Positions 58,840 through 64,000 of a DNA stretch of 64,000 nucleotides are shown piece after piece. Position 1 is the first letter of the stretch; each line of letters begins with the position of its first letter. Source of the stretch: Wickerhamiella versatilis (taxonomy: Eukaryota); assembly GCA_030867685.1 (NCBI GenBank), contig JAQOWU010000008.1:558001-622000 (forward strand), in the 5' to 3' direction. A model generated the notes under the pieces. The model worked only from the letters and a program-made list of their open reading frames with translations, did no database searches and had not been told where the DNA came from. A program made the translations under genes and the position numbers.

Positions 58840-60519
58840 CTAGGAGGTAAATTTACGACTGTGTGATAAATTCTTGCGAATACCAGTAAGCTCTCCGCCG
58901 TATGGTCCTGTAGATTCCCGTACGCGGGGTCTTACGCCGCTCAGTTTCTTCTGAGCTTGTGAGAAACGGACACGCTTCTTAACACGAGCATTTCTATTCT
59001 CCTTCTTCCGCTTAGGAGTGAGGCCCTTATTCTTGCGGATCTGATAATCGATAGCCCGCTTGTCCACATTAGGATGCTGAGCTAGGTATTCTTTAATGCG
59101 GCCTTGCTTGGCAGCTTCGACTGCCTCAAGATGTCGTTGTTGTTTTGTTCTCGACGCCTCGGCGCGTTGCTTCTGTACTTCGAAATATAGAGAATTCTGG
59201 TTAATTCCATCGTTGACGTCGTCATCGTTACTTTCATAGCCAATATCATCTTTCTCCTTTTGACCACGCTTTCGGGCTTCCTCGAGGAGTCTGCGGCGCC
59301 TTTCAAATTCCCGTTCTCTATATGGAATGTCAATGTCACCAGAGAACTTTTCCTCGCGCGAGGGGTCTCTATCTCGCTTTCCAACCTGCGACGTATAGAA
59401 ACGTAGACTCTGTTTGTTCTTCTGTCGTGCCTGCTGTTCGATAGTGTCTGCTGTTTCATCAAAATCGTTATGGACAGATATCGGCCTCAACTTGGGTTGT
59501 GGTATCCGAATGGAAAACTCATCATCGCTATTTTCAAATGATTCATTTCCCTTAGAAGCCCTGGTGCCAGCAGCAGATTCAGACTCAGACTCAGACTCAG
59601 GTTCAGACCCAGGCTCGGAACCCGACTCAGACTCAGACTCCGAATCAATCTCTGGTACATCCTTAGCTTTTGGCTCGGGGGACAACTGACCATCCTGGTC
59701 TGAAATTGAGGTCTTCTCCTGATCAATCGGTTTTTCATCACCCCGAAAATCAGGATCGTGAAGCTGCTTAGCCGCATTCCACAATTCCCTTGCCTTCAGG
59801 ATTCCTTCCATCACAGGATGTTCTTTAATATCTTCTCTTTTTGATGCTGGCAAGCTCGTAAATAAAGCAAAGTAACTATAAAGTGTCCCCAGATAGCTTC
59901 TTAAAGCCACCTTTCTTAGATCCATGGAACCAACAGTAGAATCTTCTTTATTCGACTCAGCGAGGCTCTTTTCTGCCTGTTCTAGCTCCTTAAAAAGAAG
60001 AAATGCCTCGGGGTTAGTCGTTTTCAAGTATGTATCTCTCTCTTCTGCAGTCATTGCCGTGGGATCCTGGGCAGGCAGTCTTTCAATTTCACCTTCAGGC
60101 AACTCCGCCGACGCGGCCTCCTTCTGCCAGCTTTCCATATCATCCTCATCAATAAAATCATCCTCCTCCATACGCTCAAGCTGTTTCTGTTGAAGCCGCA
60201 GTGCCTCTTCCTCTTCCTCGATGCTTGCCTCAGAATCAGCACCCACGTCATCCTCACCACCATAATAGTTGGCCCTTGACATACCCCAACCAGCATTATC
60301 GGCCTTTTGCTTTTCAGACTTAGAATCATAGAAAGACTCCTGGCCGAGATTGTCGGATTCCGCTGAGCTCTCGCTATCCCCACTGTCAGTATTCATGACC
60401 TCCTCCTCACTATCAAGTGTGTCAACAAATTCCTGCTGTCCCATTCCTGCTTCTTCCGCGAGTCTTCTTTCCTTTTCATGTTGAAACCTCTCAATCTCAT
60501 CCGCCTCAATATCGCTCAT
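58840..60519 (-). CDS. SAS10: U3 snoRNP protein Sas10/Utp3
   Basis: GWG.SR..YYG, HPVMEGIL, KRAIDYQIRKNKGLTPKRKKENRNARVKKR, YGGELTGI. Confidence 0.95.
   Translation of the reverse strand: MSDIEADEIERFQHEKERRLAEEAGMGQQEFVDTLDSEEEVMNTDSGDSESSAESDNLGQESFYDSKSEKQKADNAGWGMSRANYYGGEDDVGADSEASIEEEEEALRLQQKQLERMEEDDFIDEDDMESWQKEAASAELPEGEIERLPAQDPTAMTAEERDTYLKTTNPEAFLLFKELEQAEKSLAESNKEDSTVGSMDLRKVALRSYLGTLYSYFALFTSLPASKREDIKEHPVMEGILKARELWNAAKQLHDPDFRGDEKPIDQEKTSISDQDGQLSPEPKAKDVPEIDSESESESGSEPGSEPESESESESAAGTRASKGNESFENSDDEFSIRIPQPKLRPISVHNDFDETADTIEQQARQKNKQSLRFYTSQVGKRDRDPSREEKFSGDIDIPYREREFERRRRLLEEARKRGQKEKDDIGYESNDDDVNDGINQNSLYFEVQKQRAEASRTKQQRHLEAVEAAKQGRIKEYLAQHPNVDKRAIDYQIRKNKGLTPKRKKENRNARVKKRVRFSQAQKKLSGVRPRVRESTGPYGGELTGIRKNLSHSRKFTS
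59576..59645. repeat. (GACTCA)n-type hexamer repeats encoding (ES)n in SAS10
   Basis: AGACTCAGACTCAGACTCAG...GACTCAGACTCAGACTC. Confidence 0.8.
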
Positions 60520-60556
60520 ACTTGGAGCAAAAAAATATTACAAATTTATTTTTTGG

Positions 60557-60569
60557 GTCACGTGATGAG
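60557..60569. promoter_or_regulatory. Overlapping Cbf1 E-box and PAC core (GTCACGTGATGAG) upstream of SAS10
   Basis: GTCACGTG plus GATGAG with neighbouring A/T tracts, typical of ribosome-biogenesis promoters. Confidence 0.45.
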
Positions 60570-60727
60570 TACAACGACGTGTGGCAACCACATTTGGCTC
60601 AGTTGTGAAACACGTATAATATATATCGTCAATAGGCGTCTTGAATGATTTTGTGATGCGCATGATCACATTATACCCTGAATTGAGAACCATAGCGCTT
60701 ATAATTACGAGTAGATTAATCGTAGTC

Positions 60728-60920
60728 GGGCTTCTTCGCTATTATTGCCACCCACGTAGAACGCTGCTGTGGGTCTGATTGGTTGAGACCAATGTCTCCA
60801 ATATGACCAGCCAGATCAATTTTGCCATTCCGCCAGCATTTAGAACCCAACCTGGTCTAGCCTTCTGGGCAGTACAGAGCTTGATATCGCGAAGCCCTGG
60901 AAACTGCCAAGCCCACAACT
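60728..60920 (+). ncRNA. Candidate structured ncRNA (H/ACA-like boxes)
   Basis: Several hand-folded helices, ANANNA at 60813, ACA+3 nt at 60915; strand and class uncertain. Confidence 0.3.
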
Positions 60921-61866
60921 AAGAATCAACGTCTGATTAAAACACATGCTCTTCTACATCCTGTGCATAAACCGCGCATTGATTCAATTCTAGTGAATAT
61001 TATTAACCTACCTTGGTGCGAGTAATTGAAGCGTTCAATTCTAGGTCATGGCATAAGATCAGCAGAAATTTGGATGAATGCACTCAAATTATGTGTTTAT
61101 TTATACCTTCAAATAACTAGCCAACCTACAAAAGTGCGCGCTCTAGTTTTTATGTCCCACTCCCCTTGATGGGTCTCATGATATGAGTTATGGGCGAAGG
61201 GCTATCAGAAATTGACTGGACCAATTATGATACACATTTGATTGTAATTTCTATCGTAATAAACTCTTGAATTCTAGTTACAGGGAAAATCCGGTCGCGT
61301 TACCTGCCGGTAAAACAACCAACGAGTGACACCTGCCCTACCCTAACTTCCTACGTCATACGGAATTACAAATGACGTCATAGAAGCCATTAGAAGCAAC
61401 ACCAAGAGCCCGCATTGAGCTTAAACAAGGACCTAAGCATAAGAAAATCATATTATTTTTGTTCTACAAGAATATTGAGGTGCTTGCCTCCGTTTTTGGA
61501 AGGGTTGGGTTGGTTCGGTATTAGATTATATATTACTAGCTATCGTATATGTTCTCTGTAATTTATACATTAAGTAAACAGGGGTTGCGCTAATGGCGAA
61601 AAAAGTTTCGAATTGTGCCATCTGAACCCAAAAAAATATGGATACAGGCTAGGGAAAAATTGTTATAATTGTTAAAACCAGGTTTATCGTATCCTCAGCG
61701 CCCTTGGCACTCAGTTCATAGAGGCAAGATATTTGTATTTGTCATTGCACCCTTAACCACTAAATGACGTATGAAGTACCCTAGCCTGGCGGAAGATAAC
61801 TTTCGGGTATAAGTACTGTTAGATTTATCTAGTGTTTTCGTTCAATCGCAATCGTCCTATTTCCAA

Positions 61867-62037
61867 ATGTTGTTTTCTTCTCCAGTATTCCGTATGAAGG
61901 CCGCCCAGACTGCCGCCATGGCAGGCTCAGTTGCAGTTGGCTTTGTGGCTTTCCGCAGCTTCTGCTATCGCCCAGCGCAAAAGAAGAGCAATGACGACTT
62001 GCTGGTCACCGTTGACCGCTCTGGTGGTGGTGTTTAA
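61867..62037 (+). CDS. 56-aa microprotein ending VDRSGGGV
   Basis: MLFSSPVFRMKAAQTAAMAGSVAVGFVAFRSFCYRPAQKKSNDDLLVTVDRSGGGV*; biased codons, TATAAG at 61808, TATATA element downstream. Confidence 0.75.
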   Translation: MLFSSPVFRMKAAQTAAMAGSVAVGFVAFRSFCYRPAQKKSNDDLLVTVDRSGGGV

Positions 62038-62590
62038 AAACACCACGCTAAGCGAAGGATTTATTTATGAGCCGACAGTTAGTCCGCCAGGAACTCACGT
62101 GTGGATTCTAAGCTCAATTTAGCAGCAATCAAGTCGGCTATATATATTCATATTTATCGTAAGTATATATTCTAAAACCTTCTTTACAAAGGGAAATATC
62201 GAGTACTGATTTTGGGGTGTTGAGAACTTCAGCTCAAACAAGGTATGTGATGTCATAGAAATGATGACCAACGATGAAACCATGCTGCATGGATAAACTC
62301 CGACCGGGAATTACACATGCGTTAACGAGAATTTTAAGTTTCTTTCCACTGCATTTCAAGTTCTTGCAAAACTTTAATTGTCTGAATAACTTCTATTAGG
62401 CCAACGTAACTCCCACTTAATGGCAGGAGATGCTGAATCTCTTCACAATCACTCTATGTAACCTAGTTCAGAAATATTGGCACCTTTTAAGGTTTTATAG
62501 TTAATTGCTCCCACATTCGTGCTATCCAGATGCTCTCTGGATGACCTCTCCGAGTCGAATCCTGCTTACGAAACAGGTCGGATTTTTTTC

Positions 62591-64000
62591 ATGTGGGGAC
62601 TCCTATGGCGAGCAGCGATTCTGCTGGCTTGCGTTGCTATAGCCCTCAATGAGAAAAGAAAACGCGACCTGAAATTGCAAGAGACTCGCCAGCAATCACC
62701 TGGGCCGGAAAAGAAGGAGCGTCCACCTGTTGCCATAGACTTCACCACTCGCAGCGGAGGGGATGAGAAGCCTAAGAGACGGGTCCGCGGTAGGGCAAAG
62801 GTGAGCCGCAAGATTCCATCCACAAATTCAAACATTGCTATATTTTATTCTACTCTTCTAGGAAGCTCAGCGCGGTACGCAGAGGAAATGCGGGACACCC
62901 TGAGCCAAGTCATGTCTAATGAACCTCTTCTCCTCAACATAGACTATTTGGATGACATTGACGACTATTTCGTGTCTCCCAAATATGCAGGTTATATATA
63001 TGTGCTTATCTTGCCCAGTTACGAGACGGAAAGTCCTCTTGATTTCTTCCTGGAAACGTTGAATGATACGTATCATGACTTTCGTGTGCCTTCGAAGCCA
63101 CTGTCAAAGCTTACTGGATTTTCAGTATTTGGGCTCGGAGATTCTGAAAGCTGGCCAGAAAAGTTCTGCTATCAGGCAAAACAGGCAGATAAATTAATGT
63201 CAAAACTGGGGTGCCGCCGCATATTTCCTTTGGGAACGGCTTGTGTAAAGACTACGGGCAGAAAAAGCTTTACAGAATACATGAGCCACTTTATTATGGA
63301 GCTGAAAAATCCTTCACCAATTATAGACACCAATGATGAAAGCGACAGCGACTCACAAAGTAAAGGCGGTGACGATCCCCTGGATGTCGAAGACCTCGGG
63401 CGCGTGATCGATAACAATGCCAATAAAAATGCTATGCAAGCACCAAAAGAAATGGTAGCCAAGGATTCCCCCACATATAAGGCACTTACAAAACAGGGCT
63501 ACACTGTGGTAGGTTCCCATTCTGGTGTGAAAATATGCAGATGGACTAAGTCGGCACTCCGTGGCCGTGGATCATGCTATAAGTTCTCCTTTTATGGTAT
63601 CAAAAGTCATTTATGTATGGAGACAACACCGTCTTTATCCTGCTCAAACAAATGCGTATTCTGCTGGCGGCATGGCACAAATCCTGTTGGCACAACTTGG
63701 CGTTGGCAGGTCGACGAGCCCGAGGATGTTTTCAATGGTGCTCTCACCGGACATTATCAGAAGATAAAGCAAATGCGCGGAGTTCCAGGTGTGCAGGCTG
63801 AAAGGTTTGCCGAAGCTTTTCGCGTACGGCATTGTGCTCTCTCCCTTGTGGGCGAGCCTATTTTCTACCCACACATAAACCGCTTTCTAGAGTTGCTCCA
63901 TGGGGAGAAGATATCAAGCTTCCTAGTGTGTAACGCACAACATCCCCAAGAACTTCGCTCGCTGAACCGAGTTACACAACTTTATGTCTCAATCGATGCC
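62591..64000 (+). CDS. TYW1: tRNA wybutosine synthesis radical-SAM enzyme; 3' end outside window
   Basis: Translated by hand: N-terminal TM, flavodoxin (IFYSTLLG, FSVFGLGDSE), LTKQGYTVVGSHSGVKICRWTKS, CSNKCVFCWRH, HCALSLVGEP. Confidence 0.95.
   Translation, partial: MWGLLWRAAILLACVAIALNEKRKRDLKLQETRQQSPGPEKKERPPVAIDFTTRSGGDEKPKRRVRGRAKVSRKIPSTNSNIAIFYSTLLGSSARYAEEMRDTLSQVMSNEPLLLNIDYLDDIDDYFVSPKYAGYIYVLILPSYETESPLDFFLETLNDTYHDFRVPSKPLSKLTGFSVFGLGDSESWPEKFCYQAKQADKLMSKLGCRRIFPLGTACVKTTGRKSFTEYMSHFIMELKNPSPIIDTNDESDSDSQSKGGDDPLDVEDLGRVIDNNANKNAMQAPKEMVAKDSPTYKALTKQGYTVVGSHSGVKICRWTKSALRGRGSCYKFSFYGIKSHLCMETTPSLSCSNKCVFCWRHGTNPVGTTWRWQVDEPEDVFNGALTGHYQKIKQMRGVPGVQAERFAEAFRVRHCALSLVGEPIFYPHINRFLELLHGEKISSFLVCNAQHPQELRSLNRVTQLYVSIDA

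Noticed and set aside
61931-62122. 63-aa TTG-initiated ORF from the track
   Set aside because: Alternative frame overlapping the better-supported ATG microprotein ORF at 61867-62037

Overview
Gene-dense, nearly intron-free ascomycete yeast chromosomal DNA. The gene content and compactness suggest an early-diverging Saccharomycotina such as the Wickerhamiella/Starmerella-Trichomonascaceae group; this is inference, not a database result. About 44 protein genes and one tRNA-Thr(CGT) gene are recognisable. Most are housekeeping genes (PRS5, RPN2, UTP7, PXL1, URA9, TVP38, BUD21, ATX2, GET2, CIR2, RAD24, GRX3/4, SER1, BUD23, ARE, ATP23, GUF1, RNH1, HIS2, CYS4, RNA15, LEU1, CRD1, CCT4, SAS10, TYW1), several in the same neighbour order as in S. 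cerevisiae. No transposon ORF or CRISPR array was seen. Most notable: (1) a 1.5-kb block (secreted AIM6-like phosphodiesterase, tandem CACGTG sites, tRNA-Thr) bounded by a 13-bp direct repeat, next to a spliced GPI-phospholipase D homologue; (2) a 56-aa microprotein ending VDRSGGGV that the ORF track misses; (3) a structured ~190-nt ncRNA candidate; (4) a GET2 stop and ATX2 start only 3 nt apart and in frame; (5) an RRM-less CstF-64 paralogue in tandem with RNA15; (6) a Cyp40-type protein with a decayed PPIase domain; (7) genes that S. cerevisiae lacks (Mei2, STK19, IFRD, NDP-glucose 4,6-dehydratase, NDUFAF5). All calls come from reading the sequence; no searches were run.
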